Shown in pieces: positions 20,359-29,944 of a stretch of 64,000 nt of DNA. Location of the stretch: NCBI GenBank assembly GCA_963663225.1, contig OY760142.1:1920001-1984000 (forward strand). Reading direction: 5' to 3'. Position 1 is the first letter of the stretch. Each line of letters starts with the position of its first letter. A model generated the notes under the pieces. The model worked only from the letters and a program-made list of their open reading frames with translations, was not told the DNA's origin and did no database searches. This DNA comes from Nitrospirota bacterium (GTDB taxonomy: Bacteria; Nitrospirota; UBA9217). The position numbers and the translations under genes are program-made.

Positions 20359-20432
20359 AGATCCTCCTGTATTGCCCCTGCAGAGTGAGTGAGGTATGCA
20401 GGAATAAACCGGGGCCTCGTTTGCTGAGTGTT

Positions 20433-21626
20433 TTAAACCGCCTTTTTGCTCGCTTCTCGCAATCGAAGTGCAATCTCTTTCAGAATTTCAATGACGAATT
20501 CCGGATATTCATCCATCATTTTGTCGATGTTTTCAGCGTTGATAACGACCAGTTCCGTATCTTCTGCGGCCACGCATGTCGCCACGCGCGGAACCGACAT
20601 GAGAAATGAAAGAGCGCCGAAACATTTGCCCGGCAGAATGGTCCCAATGATTTTGTCGTCCTTGCGGAGATCCACTTTCCCCTTCAGCACGCCGAACATC
20701 GTATTCCCCGCGTCTCCCTGGTGGTAAATAATGTCTCCCTGATCGTACCGGAGGACGTATTTGCCGATAACTCCTGTCGGGACATTTTTCTCCCCTTCAA
20801 TCAGTTTTTTGATAAACACCGCTTCGTCCCGACCGAGGCTTGCGGCAATCTCCGCTCCGAAGAGAAACACAACCAACGAGTAGTAAATCCAGATAAGGAC
20901 CACAAAAATGGATTTAAAGGACCCGAAAGCAAAACCATATCCCGGGTTATACGTCAGGAAGAGGTGAAAGGCAGGCGTCATGGTAAACCAGAGGAACGCG
21001 GTTACCAACGCCCCGACGAGCAGATGCAGCTTTTGCGCTTTATCGGAAAAGGCAAAATAGAGCAGGAAAACCAGGACTATAATCAGGAAAAAGGGTATAA
21101 GGCCTTCAAGATATCCCAAAGGCACATACATAAGGTTCTGTTTTTCAATCAGGGTAAATACAACGCCAATTACCGCTATTGCCGACAATCCGATAAGAAA
21201 CAGGATGCTGATCGCAACATCAAACAGTTTTTCCAGAAGATAGGGCCGGTTCGGCTTTTTCTTAAAGATCGCCCCCAGCGATATTCTCATATCCGCCACA
21301 AGCGGTGTGACGCTCCAGAGCAGCACCAGTGCGTTGAGGATGCCTATGGTGCCCATGTTGTCAGTGATAAAACGGACCTCGTGAATAATATCCTGGCTGT
21401 ACGTCGGAATTATTTGTTTGAGCAGTTCCTGCGTTTTTGCCAGTGCCTGCTCAGAGGATCCAATCGAAGCGCCAAAAATGGCCGTAAGCAGAAAAAGAAC
21501 AGGGATAATTGCCAGCGAGGCTGAAAAAGCGAGGGAAGAGGCAGCAGTCAGGCCCCGGTTTTTCCTGAACGAGGAAAGTGCCTCTGAAAGAATAATATGG
21601 TGTTTTTTTAAGAAATCAAAAATCAT
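20433..21626 (-). CDS. YihY/BrkB-family membrane protein fused to C-terminal cyclic-nucleotide-binding domain
   Basis: ASSLAF...[20 protein letters not shown] YihY signature; C-terminal IYHQGD...GKV...CFGALSF..PRVAT cNMP motif. Confidence 0.8.
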   Translation of the reverse strand: MIFDFLKKHHIILSEALSSFRKNRGLTAASSLAFSASLAIIPVLFLLTAIFGASIGSSEQALAKTQELLKQIIPTYSQDIIHEVRFITDNMGTIGILNALVLLWSVTPLVADMRISLGAIFKKKPNRPYLLEKLFDVAISILFLIGLSAIAVIGVVFTLIEKQNLMYVPLGYLEGLIPFFLIIVLVFLLYFAFSDKAQKLHLLVGALVTAFLWFTMTPAFHLFLTYNPGYGFAFGSFKSIFVVLIWIYYSLVVFLFGAEIAASLGRDEAVFIKKLIEGEKNVPTGVIGKYVLRYDQGDIIYHQGDAGNTMFGVLKGKVDLRKDDKIIGTILPGKCFGALSFLMSVPRVATCVAAEDTELVVINAENIDKMMDEYPEFVIEILKEIALRLREASKKAV

Positions 21627-21894
21627 TTTAAATATTGTGTAATAATGCCTGATTAAAGTATCTTGATTATAGTTGGTGTGCGCATAAATATCAAGGAGTT
21701 ATTGCTGCCGGTAAAGGCAAATTATTTAGAATTAATGATCATTTTTTTGTAATTACATAAAGTGGTATTGGTTTGCAGCTTAATAGGAATATTTGCACTT
21801 ATTTGTGTTATTTTCTGTCTATTTTTGCACTAAATTTAGCAATGAAGTGGGATTTATGTATTATATATGCATAAAAAGAAAATAAAGGCATAAA

Positions 21895-21924
21895 CTTGAC
21901 AATATTGAACTCATATTTTATAAT
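21895..21924 (+). promoter_or_regulatory. Consensus sigma70 promoter of dnaJ-hspR-clpB overlapped by a HAIR-like operator
   Basis: TTGACA-N17-TATAAT (21896-21924); CTTGACA-N7-ACTCATA resembles HAIR CTTGAGT-N7-ACTCAAG. Confidence 0.65.
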
Positions 21925-21962
21925 GTTGATAATAGTAAATTTAATTACAAACAGGTGATCAG

Positions 21963-23117
21963 ATGGCTTCCACTGCTAAAAGAGATTATTACGATGTATT
22001 AGGGATAAAAAAAGGTGCTTCCGAAGCAGAAATCAAGAAAGCGTTCAGAAAACTTGCCCGGAAATATCACCCCGATATTAATCCTGGTGACAAAGGATCG
22101 GAGCAAAAATTCAAGGAATTGAATGAGGCCTATGAAGTGCTGTCTGATCAGAAAAAAAGGCAACAGTATGATCAATTCGGGCATATGGCATTTGAACAGG
22201 GATTCGGCCAGGGGGCAGGGTATGGTTCCGGTCATGGACCCGGTGCGGGTTTTGAAGGATTTGGTCAGCAGGGTGGAACGTTTTCCGGCCGTGGGTTCGA
22301 GGACATATTCGGGAGCATATTCGGAGAGAGGGCAACGAGGCCGCGGGGACCGCAAAAAGGCGAGGACATAACCTACGCAGTCGAAGTCGATTTGGAAGAT
22401 GCAATTTTCGGAAGAACCATGCAGGTTGATCTGCGCCGGGATGTAACCTGTTCTGCGTGCGGGGGCAGCGGCGCACAGCCCGGCAGTTCTCCGCGCACCT
22501 GTCCCACATGCATGGGGTCGGGCAGTGTTTCACAGGGCAGAGGATTCATGCATTTCGCGCAGCCATGCCCGACCTGCCGCGGCACCGGAACAATCAACCC
22601 AAACCCGTGCAGGAGCTGCGACGGCAAGGGGATTGTTCCAAAACTGGACAAAATCAACGTGAAAATCCCTGCGGGTGTTGATAATGGTTCCAAAATCAGG
22701 GTTGCGGGCATGGGAGAGCCCGGTGAAGGGGGCGGCCCTGCAGGAGACGTTTACATCGTGACGAAGGTACGGCCGCATTCGTACTTCGAGCGCAAGGGAG
22801 ACAACTTGTATTCGGAAGCCAGCATCACGGTACCGGAGGCCGCTTTGGGAGCAAAGGTTGAAATTCCGACGATAGACGGGATCGTGGCTTTGACGATACC
22901 GCCGGGAACCCAAACAGGACAGCAGCTGAAGCTCAAAGGCAAAGGAGTTCCGCATCTTGGTGGCGGGGGTGTCGGTGACCATTACGTAACGGTTAAGGTG
23001 GTCACTCCCATGGGGTTATCCGACCGGGGCAAGGAGCTTATCCGCGAGCTTGAAAAATTGCATCCGGCAAATCCCCGGCAAAATGTGACGTTCAGGGGTT
23101 TTCGGAAAAGGACATGA
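21963..23117 (+). CDS. dnaJ: Molecular chaperone DnaJ (class A)
   Basis: J domain with HPD, G/F region, four CxxCxGxG repeats, C-terminal domains. Confidence 0.95.
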   Translation: MASTAKRDYYDVLGIKKGASEAEIKKAFRKLARKYHPDINPGDKGSEQKFKELNEAYEVLSDQKKRQQYDQFGHMAFEQGFGQGAGYGSGHGPGAGFEGFGQQGGTFSGRGFEDIFGSIFGERATRPRGPQKGEDITYAVEVDLEDAIFGRTMQVDLRRDVTCSACGGSGAQPGSSPRTCPTCMGSGSVSQGRGFMHFAQPCPTCRGTGTINPNPCRSCDGKGIVPKLDKINVKIPAGVDNGSKIRVAGMGEPGEGGGPAGDVYIVTKVRPHSYFERKGDNLYSEASITVPEAALGAKVEIPTIDGIVALTIPPGTQTGQQLKLKGKGVPHLGGGGVGDHYVTVKVVTPMGLSDRGKELIRELEKLHPANPRQNVTFRGFRKRT

Positions 23118-23160
23118 TGTTGAGTGTACATTTACTCTGCGATGCGCGGTGAGGTAACGT

Positions 23161-23538
23161 ATGGTCACACGAGAACATAGATTGTTTATGATCAGTGTTG
23201 TGTCGGAAATGCTCGGAATTCATCCCCAGACGCTCAGGCTGTATGAGCGGGAGGGTTTTATCAAACCCAAGCGCAGCATGGGCAATACCCGCCTTTACTC
23301 CGAGGAGGACGTGGAGAAACTCGAGATGATTATGCGGCTTACGCGGGAACTCGGCGTAAACCTGGCGGGCGTAGAAGTGATTCTTTCGATGCGGGAGAAG
23401 ATGGAGCAGATGCAGCAGGAAATGCAAGCAACAGTGGAAAGACTGCGCGATGAACTCGCGCAGGAGATTCGACGGAGAGAAGAGATAAAAAACGCCCTGG
23501 TGCCGGTGAAGAGAATACGGGTACGCAGGGAAGAATAA
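23161..23538 (+). CDS. hspR: MerR-family heat-shock repressor HspR
   Basis: ISVVSEMLGIHPQTLRLYEREG...GVNLAGV; lies between dnaJ and clpB. Confidence 0.9.
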   Translation: MVTREHRLFMISVVSEMLGIHPQTLRLYEREGFIKPKRSMGNTRLYSEEDVEKLEMIMRLTRELGVNLAGVEVILSMREKMEQMQQEMQATVERLRDELAQEIRRREEIKNALVPVKRIRVRREE

Positions 23539-23605
23539 GCGATGCCGGGAAAAATTCCGCATGGCGTATCATGCATCATGAATCAGATATACGGTGGAGG
23601 TAATT

Positions 23606-26209
23606 ATGGCACGATTTGACAGACTTACCGTGAAGGCCCAGGAGGCGGCCCAGGCTGCCCAGGAAGAGGCGGGCAAGCGTCATCACCAGCAGGTGGACGT
23701 GGAGCATCTTCTGCTCGCGCTCATAGAGCAGACGGACGGTGTTGTGCTGCCGCTGCTGAAAAAGCTCGGCTCTGACCCGGGAAAGATCAAGGCTGATCTC
23801 GAAGGGGCCCTGCAGAGGCTGCCGAAGGTCGAAGGTCTGGTGCAGACCTATCTTTCGCCGCGTCTCGGAAAACTGTTTGATAAGGCAGAGCAGGAGGCGG
23901 AGCGGCTCAAAGATGAGTATATCAGCACCGAGCATCTTCTGATCGCCGCGGCGGACGGCGACGGGCCGGCCCGCGACATTTTAAGCCGTCACGGTGTGAT
24001 GAAGGACAAAATATTCACCGCTCTGGTGGACATCCGCGGCAGCCAGCGCGTGACCGACCAGAATCCAGAGGACAAATATCAGGCATTGACCCGGTACGGC
24101 AGAGATCTGACTGATCTGGCGCGGCGCAGCAAACTCGATCCGGTGATCGGAAGGGACGAAGAAATCCGGCGGGTGGTGCAGGTGCTTTCCCGGAGGACCA
24201 AGAACAATCCGGTGCTTATTGGAGAACCCGGCGTGGGCAAGACCGCGATTGCGGAAGGTTTGGCGCAGAGGATCGTGAACGGCGACGTGCCAGAAGGACT
24301 GAAAAACAAACGGGTGGTCGCGCTCGACATGGGCGCGCTTATCGCGGGCGCCAAATACCGGGGTGAATTCGAAGACCGGCTCAAGGCTGTGCTCAAAGAA
24401 GTGACCGAGGCAGGCGGGGAAGTGATCCTGTTTATTGATGAACTGCATACCGTGGTGGGGGCAGGCGCCGCCGAGGGATCAATGGATGCTTCGAACATGC
24501 TGAAACCCGCGCTCGCTCGAGGCGAACTGCGCTGCGTGGGGGCAACCACGTTGAACGAATACCGCAAGTATATTGAAAAAGACCCTGCATTGGAGCGGCG
24601 GTTCCAGCCGGTGGTTGTGCGCCAGCCGTCGGTCGAAGACACGATTTCCATTCTGCGCGGTTTAAAAGAACGCTATGAAGTGCATCACGGCGTCAAAATC
24701 AAGGACTCCGCGCTGGTGAGCGCCGCGATCCTTTCCCATCGGTACATCGCCGACCGATTTTTGCCGGACAAGGCAATCGACTTGATTGATGAGGCTGCTT
24801 CACGGCTCCGCATGGAAATCGACAGCATGCCGACGGAACTTGACGAAGTGGAGCGCAGAATCACCCAGCTGGAAATTGAACGGGAGGCGGTCAAGAAAGA
24901 ACAGGATCCTGGTTCACGCGACCGGCTTGCGAAAATCGAGCACGACATCCAGGAACTTTGCGGAAAGAGAAACGGCCTGAAAACCCAATGGCAATCCGAA
25001 AAATCCGCGATCCAGAAGATCCGGAACGTCAAGGAACAGATCGAACACGCGAAGATCGACGCGGACAAGGCGGAGCGTGAAGGCAATCTGGGCCGGGCGG
25101 CGGAACTCCGCTATGGAAAGCTTCTCGAACTGCAACGACAGCAGGAAGCCGAGTCGGCGAAACTGGCGGAAATACAGTCGCAGCAGAAAATGCTGAAAGA
25201 AGAAGTTGATGATGAAGACGTGGCGGAAATTGTTTCCAAATGGACTGGCATTCCGGTGTCCAGGATGCTTGAAGGCGAAACGCAGAAGCTGCTGGAGATG
25301 GAAGACCGGCTCCGCATGCGGGTAATAGGCCAGGATGAAGCCATCACCGCGGTATCCGACGCGGTGCGCCGGGCGCGCGCGGGAATACAGGACCCCAACA
25401 GGCCCATCGGGAGTTTCATATTTATGGGACCGACCGGAGTCGGAAAAACGGAACTGGCCCGGGCGCTGGCGGAATTTCTGTTCGATGATGAGCAGGCAAT
25501 GATCCGTATCGACATGTCCGAATACCAGGAGCGCCACACGGTCGCGCGGCTGATCGGAGCGCCTCCCGGATATGTAGGGTATGATGAGGGCGGGCAGCTC
25601 ACGGAAGCGGTGCGCAGGAAACCCTACTCCGTTGTTCTGTTCGATGAGATAGAAAAGGCGCATCCGGAAGTTTTCAATGTCCTGCTGCAAGTTCTCGATG
25701 ACGGGAGACTCACGGACGGACACGGCAGGACCGTGGACTTCAAAAACACGGTCGTGATCATGACATCGAACATCGGCAGCCAGTTTATCCAGGAGCTTCA
25801 GAACAATGAAGAAGAAATGCAGCGAAGGGTCACAGAAGCAATGCGCCAGCACTTCCGGCCTGAGTTCCTGAACCGGATCGATGACACCATTATCTTCCAT
25901 CCGCTGGACGCTGAGACGTTGAAAAAAATCGTCACGATTCAGGTCGGGCTGGTGCAGAAACGCCTTGCCGACAAGAAGATCGAGATTGAGTTGACCGACG
26001 GCGCGAAAGAGCTGCTGGCGGAGGAAGGGTTCGATCTGGTCTTTGGAGCGCGGCCGCTCAAGCGGGTGGTCCAGCGGGATGTGCTGAATCCGCTTGCTTC
26101 AAAGATACTTTCCGGCGAAGTGCGGGAGGGCGCGAAGGTCATTGTCGACCGCAGCGGCAGGAAGCTGGCATTCAGAACGGAAAAGCAGGCAGTAGGCACG
26201 TCTAAATAG
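23606..26209 (+). CDS. clpB: ATP-dependent disaggregase ClpB
   Basis: Two AAA+ modules ([16 protein letters not shown]), KYRGEFE pore loop, coiled-coil M domain. Confidence 0.97.
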   Translation: MARFDRLTVKAQEAAQAAQEEAGKRHHQQVDVEHLLLALIEQTDGVVLPLLKKLGSDPGKIKADLEGALQRLPKVEGLVQTYLSPRLGKLFDKAEQEAERLKDEYISTEHLLIAAADGDGPARDILSRHGVMKDKIFTALVDIRGSQRVTDQNPEDKYQALTRYGRDLTDLARRSKLDPVIGRDEEIRRVVQVLSRRTKNNPVLIGEPGVGKTAIAEGLAQRIVNGDVPEGLKNKRVVALDMGALIAGAKYRGEFEDRLKAVLKEVTEAGGEVILFIDELHTVVGAGAAEGSMDASNMLKPALARGELRCVGATTLNEYRKYIEKDPALERRFQPVVVRQPSVEDTISILRGLKERYEVHHGVKIKDSALVSAAILSHRYIADRFLPDKAIDLIDEAASRLRMEIDSMPTELDEVERRITQLEIEREAVKKEQDPGSRDRLAKIEHDIQELCGKRNGLKTQWQSEKSAIQKIRNVKEQIEHAKIDADKAEREGNLGRAAELRYGKLLELQRQQEAESAKLAEIQSQQKMLKEEVDDEDVAEIVSKWTGIPVSRMLEGETQKLLEMEDRLRMRVIGQDEAITAVSDAVRRARAGIQDPNRPIGSFIFMGPTGVGKTELARALAEFLFDDEQAMIRIDMSEYQERHTVARLIGAPPGYVGYDEGGQLTEAVRRKPYSVVLFDEIEKAHPEVFNVLLQVLDDGRLTDGHGRTVDFKNTVVIMTSNIGSQFIQELQNNEEEMQRRVTEAMRQHFRPEFLNRIDDTIIFHPLDAETLKKIVTIQVGLVQKRLADKKIEIELTDGAKELLAEEGFDLVFGARPLKRVVQRDVLNPLASKILSGEVREGAKVIVDRSGRKLAFRTEKQAVGTSK

Positions 26210-26245
26210 TTATGGAAGGGTAGCGCACCATGTACGAAACATCAG

Positions 26246-26278
26246 GGCAGCCGTAGTTAAAACGCGGCTGCCTTTTTT
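26246..26278 (+). terminator. Intrinsic terminator after clpB
   Basis: GGCAGCCG...CGGCTGCC + TTTTTT. Confidence 0.75.
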
Positions 26279-26350
26279 GGTTTGATTTGATGGGAAAACT
26301 TCGCTGAATTTGTCAGTACTGTTTGATAGGGTTGGGAGATACTTCTGAAA

Positions 26351-26409
26351 TAGTAACGCGCGCCTGACGCGCCGCCTTTGGCGCGTCGCTGTCGAGGCGC
26401 AGGTTATTT
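26351..26409 (-). mobile_element. Integron attC site (59-base element)
   Basis: Minus strand: AAATAAC-CTGCG-CCTCGAC...GACGCGCC/GGCGGCGCGTC...GTCAGG-CGCGC-GTTACTA; R'' and R' boxes, L boxes pairing with one extrahelical base; 59 bp, directly after a stop codon. Confidence 0.85.
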
Positions 26410-26994
26410 GTTACTTAATCGGATGCCCAGACATAAAGCCACTGACCTTTTTCATAAACATACACGACACCCGTAGATTCGACAAGGCCAGCGACAATGC
26501 TCGTATTTATTGCCGTCAATCTTTCTCTTTGATTGGCATGTAATTGCTTGTAGTCGTAAGACATTGTGTGCTCGTATGTGCCTGGCTTTGCAGTCTCAAC
26601 ATAACAACCTTGTATATGTTCATTCCAGATTGGCAGCTCTGCGAGCGACCATTGTTTTTCTCGTGAAAGAGCCGCGATTAGTTTCGGAGTCTTCGTATTC
26701 TTGTGCACAAGAAAGAGCGCAAAATCCTTTTTATTATCCCCGTCAAAGTCCGCGCTCGCGACTGTTAAGCATTGACCTTCCTTGTAATCTGTATTCCATT
26801 TAGGATCGTCGTATAGTTGATCAGTTGCTTTCGCTATGCGGTAGTCGGGGAACTTCTTTCGCAATGCTTCACGAAGGGAGGTGGGGATAAGCTTTTCGCA
26901 GGCATCATCAGCATATACAAAACTGTTGATGCCGACCAATAAGAGGATTGGAATGAGGAATTTAATTGTTCGCATATCGCCTTTTCAGAAATAA
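26357..26994 (-). mobile_element. Integron gene cassette (~638 bp)
   Basis: Begins G|TTATTT (complementary to its own R'' AAATAAC) ~19 nt before ATG and ends at the G of attC R'. Confidence 0.75.
26415..26975 (-). CDS. Secreted hypothetical protein (cassette cargo) with a DFDGDNKKD FG-GAP/Ca-binding-like loop
   Basis: Sec signal MRTIKFLIPILLLVGINSFVYA; visibly lower GC than flanking genes; no recognised family. Confidence 0.8.
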   Translation of the reverse strand: MRTIKFLIPILLLVGINSFVYADDACEKLIPTSLREALRKKFPDYRIAKATDQLYDDPKWNTDYKEGQCLTVASADFDGDNKKDFALFLVHKNTKTPKLIAALSREKQWSLAELPIWNEHIQGCYVETAKPGTYEHTMSYDYKQLHANQRERLTAINTSIVAGLVESTGVVYVYEKGQWLYVWASD

Positions 26995-27045
26995 CCAGAT
27001 ATTAGTTCTTCGGAAAATATAGCATAGAGTTGGAATAATGGTCAA
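26989..27045 (-). promoter_or_regulatory. attI-like site plus Pc-like promoter driving the cassette
   Basis: Minus strand AACTAAT-ATCTG-GTT has the L-5bp-R spacing of attI; upstream TTGACC-N18-TATATT with extended TGn. Confidence 0.5.
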
Positions 27046-27337
27046 TGAATTTAAGAAAGAATTTGACGTATCAGACTGAATTTATAAGATATTGTAAAAC
27101 GACTAATATTCAAATTGTCGTCATGTTATATTAGGTTGACTAATATGCAGTTTATGGAATAGCTTTTTTAAGTGAACCGCAGTTAAGGCGAGCATAGAGC
27201 CCTTTATTTACTGTTATCCTCCTGATCGAGTTTGGCTCTGACTGGCAGAAAATTCTTTCTGGTTAAAAAAAGAAAATTATGGTATAGTACAGTATATTTG
27301 TTTGCAGGTAAATTTCCTACGCTGCGCGCAGGTCCAG

Positions 27338-28507
27338 ATGCCAAAAGCCAAACCGAAAACTGCAAAAACAAAAACCGCAAAAACAAAAGCAAAAAAGAGT
27401 GAGCGCAAAGACGCAACTCACGATTTTAAAACTCTTTTTTATCAAAAGCTTACCGAAACCCATCTCTTTTACGAAGTAGGCAAAATAATCGCTTCGGAAT
27501 TAGAGCCTTTAGAACTGATTTCCAAAATCATGGTTTCCATCGGGAAGTCAGTTGCCTTTGAAGATGCTTCCGCCTATATAGTAAAAAAGGACATGACCGG
27601 CCTGGAAGCCATCTATTTCCACAATCCACAGCTCCAGCCCAAAATACACGAAACCGTTTATTTTGATAATGGCGCGCCCGGGATGATCGCGACGAGCGGC
27701 GAACCGATCTTTCTGGAGGACACCGCGCTTTTCGACAGCTATCTTCACCATCCCGATGAAAAAAAGGAGCAGGGCAGCTATATCGGAATCCCGCTGAAAA
27801 ATGAGAACCGCATTGAAGGCATGATGGGTTTCAGCCACAGAAAAACCTCGGCCTTTCAGGTGAAGGATTTCGACCTTCTGCGGACGCTGTCGCACCTCAT
27901 TTCTACCGGGCTTGAGAAAGCCGAACTTTTCAAAAAGGCTCTTGAACTTTCACGCATCGATGAATTGACGGGACTGCTTAATTACCGCGTGCTTCTGGAA
28001 AAACTTGAGGAAGAAGTCAAGAGACAGGTGAGAACGGGAAGCGAGTTTTCCTTTATCATGATTGATATTGACGATTTCAAACGGATCAACGACCGCTACG
28101 GTCATTTGGAAGGAAGCAGATTGATAGCGCAGATAGGGCCGCTTTTGAAGGCCGCCGTCAGGACGGGCAGCACCGACACCTGTTTCCGGTACGGCGGTGA
28201 AGAATTTTCCGTACTGCTCGCGGAGACGGACATCAACGAGGCCATGGCGGTTGCCGAGCGGGTGCGGCAGTCGGTTGAAGAGTATCCTTTTACGTTAAAA
28301 GTGTTGCACCCCTATGAACGGGTGACGGTGAGCCTCGGCGTGTCAACGAAGGACCAGGACAGCACCAAGACTACTTCCGACGTGATCCATGAGTCCGACG
28401 TTGCCCTGTACCGCTCCAAGGCGCTGGGCAAGAACCGTGTTACCAGCTACTGCCAGTCTTTGACTATGCCCGGCGAGCAGTCGGACGCATGCGGTGATAA
28501 ACAGTGA
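27338..28507 (+). CDS. GAF-sensor diguanylate cyclase with Lys-rich N-terminal tail
   Basis: GAF domain, DELTGL, DIDDFKRIND.YGH, RYGGEEF; canonical RxxD I-site altered (RTGSTD). Confidence 0.92.
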   Translation: MPKAKPKTAKTKTAKTKAKKSERKDATHDFKTLFYQKLTETHLFYEVGKIIASELEPLELISKIMVSIGKSVAFEDASAYIVKKDMTGLEAIYFHNPQLQPKIHETVYFDNGAPGMIATSGEPIFLEDTALFDSYLHHPDEKKEQGSYIGIPLKNENRIEGMMGFSHRKTSAFQVKDFDLLRTLSHLISTGLEKAELFKKALELSRIDELTGLLNYRVLLEKLEEEVKRQVRTGSEFSFIMIDIDDFKRINDRYGHLEGSRLIAQIGPLLKAAVRTGSTDTCFRYGGEEFSVLLAETDINEAMAVAERVRQSVEEYPFTLKVLHPYERVTVSLGVSTKDQDSTKTTSDVIHESDVALYRSKALGKNRVTSYCQSLTMPGEQSDACGDKQ

Positions 28508-28523
28508 TCCGCTTTTTTTCCGC

Positions 28524-28697
28524 CTAGAAACATCCCAGCTTGCAAGCCATAATTTTTATTTTTAAATCATTGCAGATTGCGCCTATCTCTTTCAGCGGGA
28601 CATTGAGTGCTGCTGAGAGTTCATGCGCTTTTTCACAGCTCAGCCGGTTGTTCATCACAGCGGCCTGAATTGCTTCAATAACTTTTTCCCGTGTCAT
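28524..28697 (-). CDS. 57-aa small protein ending in CKLGCF
   Basis: AGGAGG RBS before ATG 28697; LSCEKAH...IGAICNDLKIKIMACKLGCF pattern. Confidence 0.75.
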   Translation of the reverse strand: MTREKVIEAIQAAVMNNRLSCEKAHELSAALNVPLKEIGAICNDLKIKIMACKLGCF

Positions 28698-28886
28698 GTT
28701 TCCTCCTGCGGAGATATCGGAATGCCCAATCCATAGAATAATACACAAATGTGTTTTCTCTTGCAAGATGAGCGTTATTCTTTAATGAGCGCCAATCTGT
28801 TATAATGCAAATAGTGTATTCCTGACTTTTGTCACACTCAAACAATGCATGTGCCGACAGTTCCTGCCGGTTGTTTCTTTCCACGG

Positions 28887-28915
28887 TTGACTTGTCTGCA
28901 TCTGTCGGATAAAAT
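28887..28915 (+). promoter_or_regulatory. Sigma70 promoter for trxB-moeA operon
   Basis: TTGACT-N17-TAAAAT. Confidence 0.6.
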
Positions 28916-28943
28916 ACACGTCCATTCTAAGGAGGAATAACTC

Positions 28944-29876
28944 ATGGCTCAAGCATACGACGCAATAATTATCGGATCAGGACCGGCAGGGCTTACCGCG
29001 GCGCTTTACCTGGGCAGGGCCGGACAAAAATGCGTAGTGCTTGAAAAGGATTTCGTCGGCGGGTATACGGCGAAAATCGCGCATATTGAAAATTATCCCG
29101 GCTACGAGACCATTAACGGCATGGATCTTACACAGAACATGGCAAAGCAGGCTGAAAAATTCGGAGCAACGATTGTCTATCCGGTGGAAGTGGTGAACCT
29201 GGAGCTCAAAAGCGAAGTAAAGCGGGTGCACACGCGTGAGGAGGTCTATGAAGCGCCGGTTGTGATCATCGCCATCGGTGTCGCGCGCAAAAAGCTGGAA
29301 GTCCCCGGGGCCAAGGAGTTTCTCGGCAAGGGAGTATCGTACTGTGCCACCTGCGACGGCGCATTTTTCCGCGGCCGCACCGTTGCCGTGGTGGGAGCGG
29401 ATGACGAAGCCGCGGAAGAAGCCCTGCATCTTGCGGAGCTTGCCGCACGGGTTAACCTGGTCCCTCATAAAGAGGTCACGATGGTTACGACGCTGCTGGA
29501 CCGGCTCAAAGCAAAGGCAAATGTAGAGTTCCATCCTGTATCAGACATAAAAGAAATCGCCGGAAATGAAGTGGTGACCGGTCTCAGGATCGCCCAGGCA
29601 GGCGCAGAGAAAGTGCTGCCCCTCGACGGGGTCTTTATTGCCATGGGCTCCACGCCGATATCCTCGCTCATACAGAACGCCGGAGGACACATTGACGACC
29701 GCGGCGGTCTTCTTGTTGACCGGAACCAGCGCATGAACATTGAGGGCGTGTACGCGGCCGGTGATTGCACGTACGGCGGGATGCAGATTGTGTGCGCGGC
29801 AGGCGAGGGCGCGATGGCGGGCATGCGCGCTGCCGCTTATATCAGAAAAATAAAAGCCAGACAGTCGCAACCATAG
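28944..29876 (+). CDS. trxB: Low-MW thioredoxin reductase-like flavoprotein
   Basis: GSGPAG FAD motif, IENYPG, GVSYCATCDG, AAGD; NADPH motifs degenerate. Confidence 0.85.
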   Translation: MAQAYDAIIIGSGPAGLTAALYLGRAGQKCVVLEKDFVGGYTAKIAHIENYPGYETINGMDLTQNMAKQAEKFGATIVYPVEVVNLELKSEVKRVHTREEVYEAPVVIIAIGVARKKLEVPGAKEFLGKGVSYCATCDGAFFRGRTVAVVGADDEAAEEALHLAELAARVNLVPHKEVTMVTTLLDRLKAKANVEFHPVSDIKEIAGNEVVTGLRIAQAGAEKVLPLDGVFIAMGSTPISSLIQNAGGHIDDRGGLLVDRNQRMNIEGVYAAGDCTYGGMQIVCAAGEGAMAGMRAAAYIRKIKARQSQP

Positions 29877-29944
29877 CCCGGTCAGACTTCACGGACCGCG
29901 GGGCTGCTTCAAAGCGTGGGGTTGATGAAAAAGATGGTGTATCC

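Noticed and set aside
21627-21962. Very AT-rich intergenic region as possible oriC
   Set aside because: No TTATCCACA-type DnaA boxes or replication genes seen; explained by divergent promoters
27113-27141. dif-like sequence (...GTTATA-TTAGGTTGACT)
   Set aside because: Only the XerD arm is partly similar; the XerC arm lacks ATAA; no other terminus evidence
27345-27400. Short AAAAC-rich tandem repeats
   Set aside because: They encode the KTAK tail of the GGDEF protein; not a CRISPR or contingency repeat
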